Source: Pseudomonadota bacterium
GTDB lineage: Bacteria > Myxococcota > JACRCW01 > JAFGSX01
DNA length: 64,000 bases
NCBI GenBank assembly: GCA_043821645.1
Contig: JBDRCO010000134.1
Location: forward strand, 1 to 64,000
Direction: 5' to 3'
This document shows, one piece after another, positions 19,554 through 28,564 of this stretch. The stretch's first letter is position 1, and every line of letters begins with the position of its first letter. The notes under the pieces are model-generated. The model did no database searches and was not told the origin of the DNA. It saw only the letters and a list, made by a program, of their open reading frames with translations. The position numbers and the translations under genes are program-made.

Positions 19554-20256
19554 GAGAAGATGCGTGGGCGTGCTGGAGGGACCGGCCAAGCCGCCCGGCC
19601 ACGGCCGCCGCCAGTTCCTCCGCCAGCGCCGCGGAATCCGGTGATCGCCCCAGCTCCCGCTGCATCGAGGTGACCCCACGGTGCGCCAGGCCGCAGGCCA
19701 CGATCAGGGCGAAGTCCTCGAGATCAGGAGCCACATTGAGGGCAAAGCCGTGCTTGGTGACCCAGTGACTGAGCTTGAGCCCGAGGGCGCAGATCTTGTT
19801 GTTGGCGACCCACACACCGGCTTCCCGCAGGTCCGCTTGATCTCCTCCGGGATCCAGCCTGGTCCCGGGTTCGGCGGGCAACTCGTGGCTGCGCAGGACC
19901 GTCGCCACGGCACCCTCGAGGGCGGCAAACAGCCAGGGGATGCTCCGTTCCTGGCCCTCGAGGCGCGCGATGAGGTAGCCGACGAGTTGCCCCGGGCCGT
20001 GATAGGTGATGTCCCCACCGCGGTCCGTCTCGACGAGGGCAATGCCGTGGCTCGAAAGCTGTGCCGGATCCACCCGCAGGTGTTGCAGACCTCCCCGATG
20101 GCTGGTCGTGAACACGCGCTCGTGCTCCAGCAGCAGCAGGTGATCGGCGATGCGCTCATCGAGCCGCGCCTGCACCAGGTTCTGCTGCAGGTGCAGGGCG
20201 TCGCGGTAGGGCACCCGCCCCAGTTCCACCGCCACCAGGGGCCTCGTCGCACTCAT
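19525..20256 (-). CDS. lipB: Lipoyl(octanoyl) transferase
   Basis: LLEH, TDRGGDITYHGPGQ, KICALG, HGFALN, ACG. Confidence 0.95.
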   Translation of the reverse strand: MSATRPLVAVELGRVPYRDALHLQQNLVQARLDERIADHLLLLEHERVFTTSHRGGLQHLRVDPAQLSSHGIALVETDRGGDITYHGPGQLVGYLIARLEGQERSIPWLFAALEGAVATVLRSHELPAEPGTRLDPGGDQADLREAGVWVANNKICALGLKLSHWVTKHGFALNVAPDLEDFALIVACGLAHRGVTSMQRELGRSPDSAALAEELAAAVAGRLGRSLQHAHASSLDSFVRASV

Positions 20257-21509
20257 GACAGCGCCTCGCTGCGGCGAGGGATGGCCGCGAGCAGGGCCAC
20301 CGGGACAAAGAACGCGTGGGCCTCGATGGCCTGGTACAGCGGGTCATGAAACATCGAGATCCCGAACAGCGCCACCAGGGCCACGCCTGCAGCGCGCGCC
20401 AGCGCCTGATCCCCGCTTCCCTCGTCACCGCGGCAAGCGGCCTCGCGCAGTACCACGACGGCAAGACCGAGCAGCATCAGCACGCCCAGAGGTCCCATCT
20501 CGACCAGGAAGGTCAGCAGCAGGTTGTGGGCCTGCGAGCGCATGGCAAAGGTCGGATCCACCGGATCGTAGTAGGCGGCGTGCATCAATCCGTAGCCGCC
20601 GAAACCGACCCCGGTGGCACCGAAGTCTTGCACGATCTCGAAAGCGCGCGCCCAGATGAAGCGGCGGTCGTTGTTGGCGACGGCGTCGAGGGCGCTGGCG
20701 GCGCGCAGGCGTGTCGAGGGCACGGCGAGCACCAGCAGCGCAACCACCGTGAGACCGGCCAGGGCCCCCCCGCGGGTGCGCGCTGACATGCGCCGCAGGT
20801 GGCGCAGCACGCCGATGATCACGGCGAGGATCACGGCAGCCAGCGCTGCGCGGGTGAAGGAGAGCACCAGCGCGGTGGCGACCACGGCGGCCACGGCCGT
20901 GCCCACCACCCGCAGGCGAGGGTTCGGCCACCACAGCGCCAGACCGATGGCGAGGCACAGGGGCACCGCGATCACATGGGCGTAGCGGGTGCGGTTGTAG
21001 AACAGGCCCACCGCCGCGAAGCGATCCGGATCCGTGGGGGCGCGGATCTGCCACTGGTCCGGGGGTATGCCCAGGAGCTCGGCGTTGGGGTGAATGCCGC
21101 TGAAGTGCTGCACCACACCCAGCACGGCCGCCACGGTTGCTCCCGCCAGCAAGACCAGGGTCGCCGTCCTGCGCGTGGCAGGGCCGCCCAGGCCGAGCAC
21201 CAGCGCCAGCGGAAAGTAGCCGAGCCAGGCCTTGCAGCGCAGCACCGCGGCCCAGCCCGGGAAACCCACAGGGGTCAGCAGCTGCGAGACCAGCACGGCT
21301 GCGAACAGGCCGCCGACGGCGATGTGTATGGGACGCCCGTCGGAGAGCACCGTCTGCAGCACTCCCGGGTGCCGGACGGCCGCGACCGCGAGCAGTACAG
21401 CGGCGAGGACGAGGGCGATCTGCACCGTGGTCAGGTTGAGAGGCAGGGCCGCGCAGGCCACCACCACGGCGACCAAGGCCAGTCTGAGTTCGAGAGGTCG
21501 GGGTGGCAC
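20253..21509 (-). CDS. O-antigen ligase (Wzy_C) family membrane protein
   Basis: Multi-TM, SFTRAA, R..IW, GVGFG, AHNLLL..LVEMG. Confidence 0.85.
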   Translation of the reverse strand: MPPRPLELRLALVAVVVACAALPLNLTTVQIALVLAAVLLAVAAVRHPGVLQTVLSDGRPIHIAVGGLFAAVLVSQLLTPVGFPGWAAVLRCKAWLGYFPLALVLGLGGPATRRTATLVLLAGATVAAVLGVVQHFSGIHPNAELLGIPPDQWQIRAPTDPDRFAAVGLFYNRTRYAHVIAVPLCLAIGLALWWPNPRLRVVGTAVAAVVATALVLSFTRAALAAVILAVIIGVLRHLRRMSARTRGGALAGLTVVALLVLAVPSTRLRAASALDAVANNDRRFIWARAFEIVQDFGATGVGFGGYGLMHAAYYDPVDPTFAMRSQAHNLLLTFLVEMGPLGVLMLLGLAVVVLREAACRGDEGSGDQALARAAGVALVALFGISMFHDPLYQAIEAHAFFVPVALLAAIPRRSEALS

Positions 21510-21590
21510 GCCCGGGACTCTACTGCGGGCAGCACCGCACCCGCCACTGTTGCGCTGGCGTGGCGAGGGCAGATCAGTGGAGCGCAGGGA

Positions 21591-23555
21591 TCACTGCACA
21601 GTCGTGAACTTGAAGGGGATCTCGACGTCCATGGCGGCGCCCGAGAAGGCAGGGAACTTCCAGCTGCGGACGCGTTGCCCCAGGCAGGTGCAGAACTTGT
21701 TCATGCCTGGCACGGTCTCGATCACCCGCGCCCGGCTCACGGTGCCGTTGGTCTCGATGGTCGCGGCGACGTGCAAGGCGGGTGGCAGCTTGACTCCGTA
21801 CTTGGCCTCACGGCTGACGCATTCCTGCACGCCCTTCTGGTTCTCGCGCACCACGTCGGAGACCTGCTTCTCGTCGAGGCCCCCGGTGCTGACGCGGGGG
21901 AGCTTGATCTCTCCGATCCCGGGTTTGACCGCGATCTGGACCTGGGGCATGTCCGCGCGTTCGGCCAGGTCTTGCATGGCCTTTTTCTCCTCATCGGAGA
22001 GCGCGACGGCCTGCGCCGCGCCACTGCCCCGGCGGTTCGGGTCCGTGCTGGTCCCGTCTGTCCCACCACCGCGGAGGTCGTCGCTGAGGTCGATCTTGGT
22101 GTTCGGATCGCGGGGCGATCTGGCGGCGCGGTTCTTCGCCTGACGTCGCACGGCCTCGACCTGGGCCATGTTGCCCTCGAGCAGGGCTTTCTGGATGACC
22201 AGCTTCTCGTCCTCGGTCAGGGGCACGTGGTCCTCGGCGTACACCGGTTCGATCGTGCGAGGCTCGTCGCTGACCGCAACCTTGACGCTCTGCACGTAGC
22301 CGTGCAGCAGAGGGATCTTGATGACCTCGAAGGCATCGAGGCCGATGGTGATCACCAGCCCGAGACCTGCTGCGATGCCCACCACCGCGTAGATCCTGTG
22401 CTTGCGGGCGCGGTTCTGCAGGCCGGCGGCAGCCATGAACACGCGCGTGCTCTCCTTGCGAGGCTCGTCTGCAGGCATCGCATCGGGCACCGCCGAGAAG
22501 GGGTCAAAGGCATCCGGCGAGTGCTGGCCAGCGAAGCCATCGCCGAGGTTCTCGATGTCATCCTTGGGCACGCCCGGCATGCCACTGAAGGTCTGGATGC
22601 TGGCCGGGTCGAAGAACAGATCCTCCATGGCGGCACTCCGCGTCGCGGGTGCGCCGAGCGGTTCAAGACCCGGGGTGCTGGAAGTGGCCGCGGCGACGGC
22701 CGGGGCAGGGGCATCTGCAGCCGCTGGCGGGGCGACGGCCTTCGATGCTGGCGTCGCGGGCGCGGTGGGCCGGGGCGGAGGCGCGCTCGTAGCGGGAGGC
22801 TCCTCCGGAGCCTGGCGAACGAGGTCCGCGATCTGATCCAGGGCCTCGATGGCGCGGGCGCGGTGCACACCTGCATCGGCGCGCTTGCGCTCAGCCATCT
22901 TCTGTCGGAAGTCCACGACCTGCGCGCCCTGCTGGGGTGCCTTGCGGGCCTTGAAATCGTCCTTGAACTCGGGCAGGTCTGCCAGGCGCTTCCATTCGGG
23001 CAAGGTCTGGTTCCAGCCATAAGCGCGGGGGGAGACCTCGCCGCTGCGGATGCGCGCCGAGATCTCCTCGCGGGTCATCGGCTGCGACTGCTGGCCCTTG
23101 AACGCCATGTACCACAGCAGCAGATCGGGCTCGGCCTTGCGGGGCCGCGGCGCGGGCTGCGCCGCCGTGGCCGCATGGAGATCAGAGAGCAGGGCGCTCA
23201 TCTCACCGGGGCCTGTGACGCGGGTGCTGTCGTCGCGATCGTCGTCGTCGTTGCGATCCTGCCGGGCCGAGGCTACGGGGCGCTGATGGGAGGGCCGGGG
23301 TGCAGGGGCTGTGGCCCGTGGGCTCGCGGCGCGGGACACCTGAGCCGCCGCAGAGCGCGCGGGCTGGGTGCGGGCCGGGGCTGACACCCTGCCGGCAACG
23401 GGAGTGCGCGGGGCTTCTGCCCTGTCCACGGCATCGCTTTCGCGCACCACGATGATGGCCTGGCACTTCTTGCACCGGATCTTGAGGATCTTGCCGCGCA
23501 CCTTCTCGTCGGCGATGGCGTACTTGGTCTGGCATTTCTGGCAGAAGAACTTCAT
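21591..23555 (-). CDS. GltJ/AgmX-like protein: zinc ribbon + GYF_2 + TM + AgmX/PglI (TonB-C-like) domain
   Basis: MKFFCQKCQTKY..IRCKKC, WYMAFKGQQSQP..WKRLADLPEF, TM helix, WKFPAF C-terminus. Confidence 0.8.
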   Translation of the reverse strand: MKFFCQKCQTKYAIADEKVRGKILKIRCKKCQAIIVVRESDAVDRAEAPRTPVAGRVSAPARTQPARSAAAQVSRAASPRATAPAPRPSHQRPVASARQDRNDDDDRDDSTRVTGPGEMSALLSDLHAATAAQPAPRPRKAEPDLLLWYMAFKGQQSQPMTREEISARIRSGEVSPRAYGWNQTLPEWKRLADLPEFKDDFKARKAPQQGAQVVDFRQKMAERKRADAGVHRARAIEALDQIADLVRQAPEEPPATSAPPPRPTAPATPASKAVAPPAAADAPAPAVAAATSSTPGLEPLGAPATRSAAMEDLFFDPASIQTFSGMPGVPKDDIENLGDGFAGQHSPDAFDPFSAVPDAMPADEPRKESTRVFMAAAGLQNRARKHRIYAVVGIAAGLGLVITIGLDAFEVIKIPLLHGYVQSVKVAVSDEPRTIEPVYAEDHVPLTEDEKLVIQKALLEGNMAQVEAVRRQAKNRAARSPRDPNTKIDLSDDLRGGGTDGTSTDPNRRGSGAAQAVALSDEEKKAMQDLAERADMPQVQIAVKPGIGEIKLPRVSTGGLDEKQVSDVVRENQKGVQECVSREAKYGVKLPPALHVAATIETNGTVSRARVIETVPGMNKFCTCLGQRVRSWKFPAFSGAAMDVEIPFKFTTVQ

Positions 23556-23703
23556 GCCAACCTGCGATGGTTCGCCCGGAACGCTGTTGTGTCCATGCTC
23601 GCCCAACGACAAGGACGGCGTCCGTCACCAGCCGGGCGCCCGCTCTCTGATTGTACCCAAGGAACGCGCAGTGGAAAACCCTGGGTCGGGGTGAGAGCTG
23701 CGC

Positions 23704-25101
23704 TCACCCCAGCAGCTCGAGCAGGTGGGTGCGGATGCTCGGCTTGTGCTCGTCCTGGGCATGCAGCAGCGCACGTTCCCACATCTCCGCAGCCTTGCTG
23801 GTGAATCCCCGGCGCTCGTAGAGCACGGCCAGGTTCTTGAGGGCCGCGAACAGTCCGGGATCGAGCTCGACCGCGCGCTCGAACTCGTAGATGGCCGAGT
23901 AGGCCTGCCCCTCACCCTGCAGCGACATCGCCAGCATGAAATGCAGGCGCGCATCGAAGGGGTCCATTTCGACGGCGAGGCGGAAGATCTCCAGGGCTTG
24001 CGCGTGCTGTCCTGCCTTGTGGGCCTGGTGGCCACGCAGGCGCAGCGCCTCGATCTCCTCTTCATCCGGGGTCTGAAAGGCCGCCAGCTTGCTCGAGCGC
24101 ACGAGCTGGTCCTCGACGCGGCGCAGCACATCGGCGACCGAGAAGGGCTTCTCGACGTAGTCGTCGGCGCCGTAGGTCTTCTTGATGTCGTGGGCGAAGC
24201 GCCAGCCTCGGTACACGGCGGTGATCATGATCACCGGGATGTGGCCAAATCGTTGACTGGTCTTGATCTTCTGGCAGATCTCGAAGCCGTGGATCTCGGG
24301 CAGCATGGCGTCGAGAAGCACCAGGTCCGGGCTCTCGCTCTTGACCATCTGCAGGGCCTCGAGTCCGCGCTCCGCGGTGAGCACCTCGTAGCCACTCTTG
24401 GTGAGTGCGGTGGTGAGCAGGCTCCGGATGTCCTCCTCGTCGTCGACGACAAGGATACGTGCCTTGGCGTCGCCCGGGCGTGGTGTGGCAGGATCCAGGG
24501 CGCCCACGACCACGGATTCCTCGATCAGGTCCCCGGCGTCGATGAACTCGATCTCGGCCGGAAGTACTGCCGCGGCCTGCGGCAACACCTCGGCCAGCTG
24601 CCCGGTGGTCTGGCCGGCGGCCGCCTGGGGTCCGTGTAGAAGATCGCGACGTCCGGCGGCGAAGGCAGCATAGGCGCTCTGGATGCCGCCATCGATCATG
24701 CCCTTGAGCCCGAGATAGGCCAGCACCTGGGTCCCGGTGACGAACTGCACCTCGTCGAGGATCTCGCGGCGAAGCGGGTCGGCCATGACCACGGTGAGTC
24801 GACCGTCGACGCTGTGTATGGGCAACATGCTGTAGCGCTCGGCGATCTCCGCGGGAATGCGCTCGAGCGAGGCCAGGTCGACCACCGACCGCGTGAGGGC
24901 GGCGCCGGGGACACCCTGCTGCTGCGCCAGGGCGGCCACCAGCGTTTCCTCGTCCGCCAGCTGGCGTCCCAGGGCCAGGGAGCACAGGCGCGGACAGCTC
25001 GCGTCGCCGGCCTGGGCGGCCAGGAGCTGCTCCAGGGTGGCTGCATCGAGCACGCCGCGCTCGACCAGGATGTTGCCGATGGGACGCGGGCTCTTGTTCA
25101 T
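23704..25101 (-). CDS. Response regulator with N-terminal T2SSE_N/MshEN-like domain and C-terminal TPR
   Basis: IGNILVERG..LLAAQ, ILVVDDE, DLVLLDAMLP, GADDYVEKPF, TPR repeats. Confidence 0.85.
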   Translation of the reverse strand: MNKSPRPIGNILVERGVLDAATLEQLLAAQAGDASCPRLCSLALGRQLADEETLVAALAQQQGVPGAALTRSVVDLASLERIPAEIAERYSMLPIHSVDGRLTVVMADPLRREILDEVQFVTGTQVLAYLGLKGMIDGGIQSAYAAFAAGRRDLLHGPQAAAGQTTGQLAEVLPQAAAVLPAEIEFIDAGDLIEESVVVGALDPATPRPGDAKARILVVDDEEDIRSLLTTALTKSGYEVLTAERGLEALQMVKSESPDLVLLDAMLPEIHGFEICQKIKTSQRFGHIPVIMITAVYRGWRFAHDIKKTYGADDYVEKPFSVADVLRRVEDQLVRSSKLAAFQTPDEEEIEALRLRGHQAHKAGQHAQALEIFRLAVEMDPFDARLHFMLAMSLQGEGQAYSAIYEFERAVELDPGLFAALKNLAVLYERRGFTSKAAEMWERALLHAQDEHKPSIRTHLLELLG

Positions 25102-25141
25102 CGCCACCGCCTGGCCTCGCCGGTGCACGGGTCGCGCTGGC

Positions 25142-25756
25142 TCACAGGTACTTCTCGATTCGCCGCATCACGTCGAGGCGATCGACCAGATCCGTCAGAT
25201 AGTCGAGCTTGTCGGTCTCGATGGTCAAGACGGGAGAGAGCTTGTAGCGACCGAGCCACTCCGCGTAGAGGTCGTCGATGCGCCGCAGGTAGGTGGGCTT
25301 GATGTTCTGCTCCATCTTGCGCCCGCGCTGCTGGATGCGCCGGCGCAGGGTTCGCATGGGGCAGGTGAGCACGATGAGCAGATCCGGCGGCTCGAGGGAG
25401 CGCAGGATGGTCCGGTACAGCTCCTGGTAGGTCGCGAAGTCGCGGCTGTCGATGTAGCGCGCGCGGTGCAGGGCCGTGGCAAAGATCTCGGCGTCCTCGT
25501 AGATGGTGCGATCTTGCACCACGGTGCCCGAGGAGCGGTCCAGATCCTGATGGATGCGGAACTTGTGGGTCAGAAAGAAGAGCTGGCTTTTAAAGGCCCA
25601 GGTCTTCATGTCGGAGTAGAAGTCCGCCAGGTAGGGGTTGGCCTCGTTGGGCTCAAAGAAAGGCGCAATGCCGTAGGTCCGGCACAGCCAGTCCACCAGC
25701 GAGGATTTGCCCGCCCCGATGTTGCCGGCGACGGCGATGTACTTGCGGCGACCCAC
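25142..25756 (-). CDS. Deoxynucleoside kinase
   Basis: GNIGAGKS, NPYLADFY, QDRTIYED; GTG start with GGAG RBS. Confidence 0.93.
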   Translation of the reverse strand: MGRRKYIAVAGNIGAGKSSLVDWLCRTYGIAPFFEPNEANPYLADFYSDMKTWAFKSQLFFLTHKFRIHQDLDRSSGTVVQDRTIYEDAEIFATALHRARYIDSRDFATYQELYRTILRSLEPPDLLIVLTCPMRTLRRRIQQRGRKMEQNIKPTYLRRIDDLYAEWLGRYKLSPVLTIETDKLDYLTDLVDRLDVMRRIEKYL

Positions 25757-25960
25757 CTGTACTCCACGTGACGTTCCCGGGCGGCCCATTTGACCCCCTG
25801 ATGACCGTCGTTCGGCGGACTTTTCCCTTCGCTTCTGGCGCCACACCGGGCCCGGATAGGTCCGGGTGAACCCGACGACACGCCAGCTATTAGCAGAGGG
25901 TCCGCAACAGCGCAAACGGGTCGCGACCCGGCCCTGGAGCAGGCGCCAGGGACCCCTGCG

Positions 25961-25989
25961 TTGACAGGCTGCACAAAGCCCGGTAGGTA
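25961..25989 (+). promoter_or_regulatory. Sigma70-type promoter for tRNA-Gln-prs
   Basis: TTGACA-N17-TAGGTA. Confidence 0.6.
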
Positions 25990-26022
25990 GCCGCCACGCG
26001 AGATCCTGGGAACGGGGTCTTT

Positions 26023-26097
26023 TGGGGCGTAGACAAGCGGTAAGTCACCGGTCTTTGGAACCGGATATCGCAGGTTCGAATCCTGCCGCCCCAGCCA
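26023..26097 (+). tRNA. tRNA-Gln(TTG)
   Basis: Cloverleaf, CCGGT-cTTTGga-ACCGG anticodon arm, GGTTCGAATCC, encoded CCA; typical position before prs. Confidence 0.96.
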
Positions 26098-26138
26098 TTT
26101 GCGCGACGTCGTCGCCGAGGCGGCAGACCGGGGACAGC

Positions 26139-27086
26139 ATGGCGAGCGGGAGCATCAAGATCTTCGCCGGCAACTCCAACTTGCCACTGGCGAAGGAAGT
26201 GTGCGGAGTCCTGGGTATTTCCCTGGGCGACGCCGAGGTCACCCGCTTCTCCGATTCCGAGATCCGCATCAACATCCGCGAGAACGTTCGCGGGGCGGAT
26301 GTCTACGTCCTGCAGTCGACCTGCACGCCGGCCAACGAGCACCTGATGGAGTTGCTGGTGATGCTGGACGCGCTCAAGCGCGCCTCGGCGGCCGAGATCA
26401 ATGCGGTCATTCCGTACTACGGCTACGGCCGGCAGGACCGCAAGGATGAGTCGCGTGCTCCCATCACCGCCAAGCTGGTGGCGGACCTGCTGCACGCGGC
26501 CGGGGCCACGCGGGTCATCTCGATGGATCTCCATGCGGGGCAGATCCAGGGCTTCTTCAACGTGCCCTTCGACCACCTCTATGCCAAGCCCGTGCTGGCC
26601 AAGGACATGATCGACAAGTTCGGCGACAAGTCGCTGGTGGTGGTGTCGCCGGATGCCGGTGGCGTCGAGCGCGCGCGGTCATACGCCAAGCTGCTCAACG
26701 CCGGGCTGGCCATCATCGACAAGCGGCGTACCGGACCCAATGTCGCCCAGGTCATGCACATCATCGGCGATGTCCAGGACAAGGATTGCGTGCTGCTGGA
26801 CGACCTCATCGACACCGCCGGCACCATCTGCGAGGGCGCCCGTGCCCTGCGCGACAAGGGTGCCCGAAAGATCTGGGCCTACGCCACGCACCCCGTGCTG
26901 TCGGGACCTGCGTCGGAGCGTCTGCTGGCGGCTCCCTTCGAGGAGATCGTCGTCACCGACACCATCCCGTTGCGGCCCGAGGCGCAGCGCCTGAAGAACC
27001 TGCGCCAGCTGTCGGTGGCCCCGCTCATCGGCCGCGCCGTCGAGCTGGTGCACAAGAAGGATTCGCTGAGCACGCTCTTCGCGTGA
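26139..27086 (+). CDS. prs: Ribose-phosphate pyrophosphokinase
   Basis: YYGYGRQDRK, DLHAGQIQGFF, SPDAGGVERA, DDLIDTAGT. Confidence 0.98.
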   Translation: MASGSIKIFAGNSNLPLAKEVCGVLGISLGDAEVTRFSDSEIRINIRENVRGADVYVLQSTCTPANEHLMELLVMLDALKRASAAEINAVIPYYGYGRQDRKDESRAPITAKLVADLLHAAGATRVISMDLHAGQIQGFFNVPFDHLYAKPVLAKDMIDKFGDKSLVVVSPDAGGVERARSYAKLLNAGLAIIDKRRTGPNVAQVMHIIGDVQDKDCVLLDDLIDTAGTICEGARALRDKGARKIWAYATHPVLSGPASERLLAAPFEEIVVTDTIPLRPEAQRLKNLRQLSVAPLIGRAVELVHKKDSLSTLFA

Positions 27087-27173
27087 GCAGCATTGGTTGA
27101 ACCCGCGGGCACAAGACCCGCCATCCTGCGAGGCGCGATTCAACGCGCGTGATCGAGGGAAGGAGAGAAGGCA

Positions 27174-27893
27174 ATGTCGAACATGTTCCCCATGGTGGCC
27201 GAGAAGCGAGAAGACACGGGCAAGGGCCCCAACCGCCGACTGCGTAATTCTGGAATGATCCCGGCCGTGCTCTACGGCAAGGGTCTGGAGCCGGTGGCCC
27301 TGTCCGTGCAGCCCAAGCAGATCATGGCGGCGATCGCCGGGCCGCTCAAGATGAACACCCTGCTCGAGCTGGACATCCAGGACGGTGGCAAGAGCCTGGG
27401 CAAGAAGGCCGCGCTGCTCAGCGACTACCAGATCCATCCCCTCCGGCGCTCCATGCTGCATGCCGACTTCACCGTCATCGACTTGAGCAAGCCCATCAAG
27501 GTGCGCATCCCCATCGAGGTCACGGGTCGTGCCAAGGGTATCGTCGAGGGCGGCCTGATCCAGATCATCCGTCGCGACATCGGCATCTCGTGCCAGGCCG
27601 ACAGGATCCCGACCTCCATCCTCGTCGACGTCACCGAGCTGGAGATTGGCGACAACATCCACGTCGGTGAGGTGAAGCTGCCCGAGGGAGCCACGCCCAC
27701 CGATTCGCCCACGTACACCATCCTGACCTGCGCCGCTCCCGAGATCGAGAAGGTGGCCGAGGTCGCTGCGGTCGAGGGCGAGGTTGCAGCCGCTCCGGCG
27801 GAAGGCGAGGCTGCGGCGGCGGGCGACAAGAAGGTCGACGACAAGAAGGCCGACGACAAGAAGGGCGGCGACAAGAAGGGCGACAAGAAGTGA
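27174..27893 (+). CDS. rplY: 50S ribosomal protein L25 / Ctc
   Basis: GKGPNRRLR..IPAVLYG, HADF, TL5 C-terminal domain, DKK-repeat tail. Confidence 0.96.
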   Translation: MSNMFPMVAEKREDTGKGPNRRLRNSGMIPAVLYGKGLEPVALSVQPKQIMAAIAGPLKMNTLLELDIQDGGKSLGKKAALLSDYQIHPLRRSMLHADFTVIDLSKPIKVRIPIEVTGRAKGIVEGGLIQIIRRDIGISCQADRIPTSILVDVTELEIGDNIHVGEVKLPEGATPTDSPTYTILTCAAPEIEKVAEVAAVEGEVAAAPAEGEAAAAGDKKVDDKKADDKKGGDKKGDKK

Positions 27894-27923
27894 TCGCGCC
27901 GAGATAAGCAGCGCGATTGAGAG

Positions 27924-27960
27924 GCGCGGGGTGGGCTCAGGTCCACCCCGTGCTGTTTCT
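27924..27960 (+). terminator. Possible terminator/hairpin after rplY
   Basis: GCGCGGGGTGGGC-tcag-GTCCACCCCGTGC followed by TGTTTCT. Confidence 0.55.
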
Positions 27961-27988
27961 GGGCGACGCGAAAAAAGGAGCACGTGCG

Positions 27989-28564
27989 GTGAAGCTCGTC
28001 GTCGGGCTGGGCAACCCTGGCGCAGACTACGCGGCCACGCGCCACAACATCGGCTTCGTGGTGGCGGATGAGCTGGCCCGGCGCCTCGGTGGTGTGGGCT
28101 GGAGCAAGAAGTTCCGGGGCCTGGTCCAGAACGCCAGCGCCATCGGCGATACGCTGTTACTCCTCAAGCCGCAGACCTACATGAACCTGTCCGGCGAGAG
28201 CGTGCAGGGCGCCTGCGCTTTCTATCGCATCGACCCCACAGCCATGATCGTGATCCACGACGACATCGACTTCGAGCTGGGGCGGCTCCAGATCAAGGTC
28301 GGCGGTGGCCACGGTGGGCACAACGGGTTGCGCTCCATCATCCAGCACCTGGGGGCCGACTTCACCCGCTTGCGCCTGGGCGTTGGCCGGCCCCGTCACG
28401 ATGCCGCGGATCATGTGCTGTCGCGCTTTGGCACCGCCGAGCGCCAGGTGGTGCAGCAACTCGTCGATACGGCGGCCGACGCGGTGGAGTTGTTTCTGCG
28501 CGATGGCGCCCAGGTCGCCCAGAACCGCTACAACGTGCGCGAACGCGGAACCGGCGAGCCCTGA
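27989..28564 (+). CDS. pth: Peptidyl-tRNA hydrolase
   Basis: VGLGNPG, TRHNIGF, KPQTYMNLSG, GGHNGLRS. Confidence 0.97.
   Translation: MKLVVGLGNPGADYAATRHNIGFVVADELARRLGGVGWSKKFRGLVQNASAIGDTLLLLKPQTYMNLSGESVQGACAFYRIDPTAMIVIHDDIDFELGRLQIKVGGGHGGHNGLRSIIQHLGADFTRLRLGVGRPRHDAADHVLSRFGTAERQVVQQLVDTAADAVELFLRDGAQVAQNRYNVRERGTGEP

Noticed and set aside
27820-27893. DKK repeats at the end of rplY
   Set aside because: Ordinary low-complexity tail of Ctc-type L25 proteins
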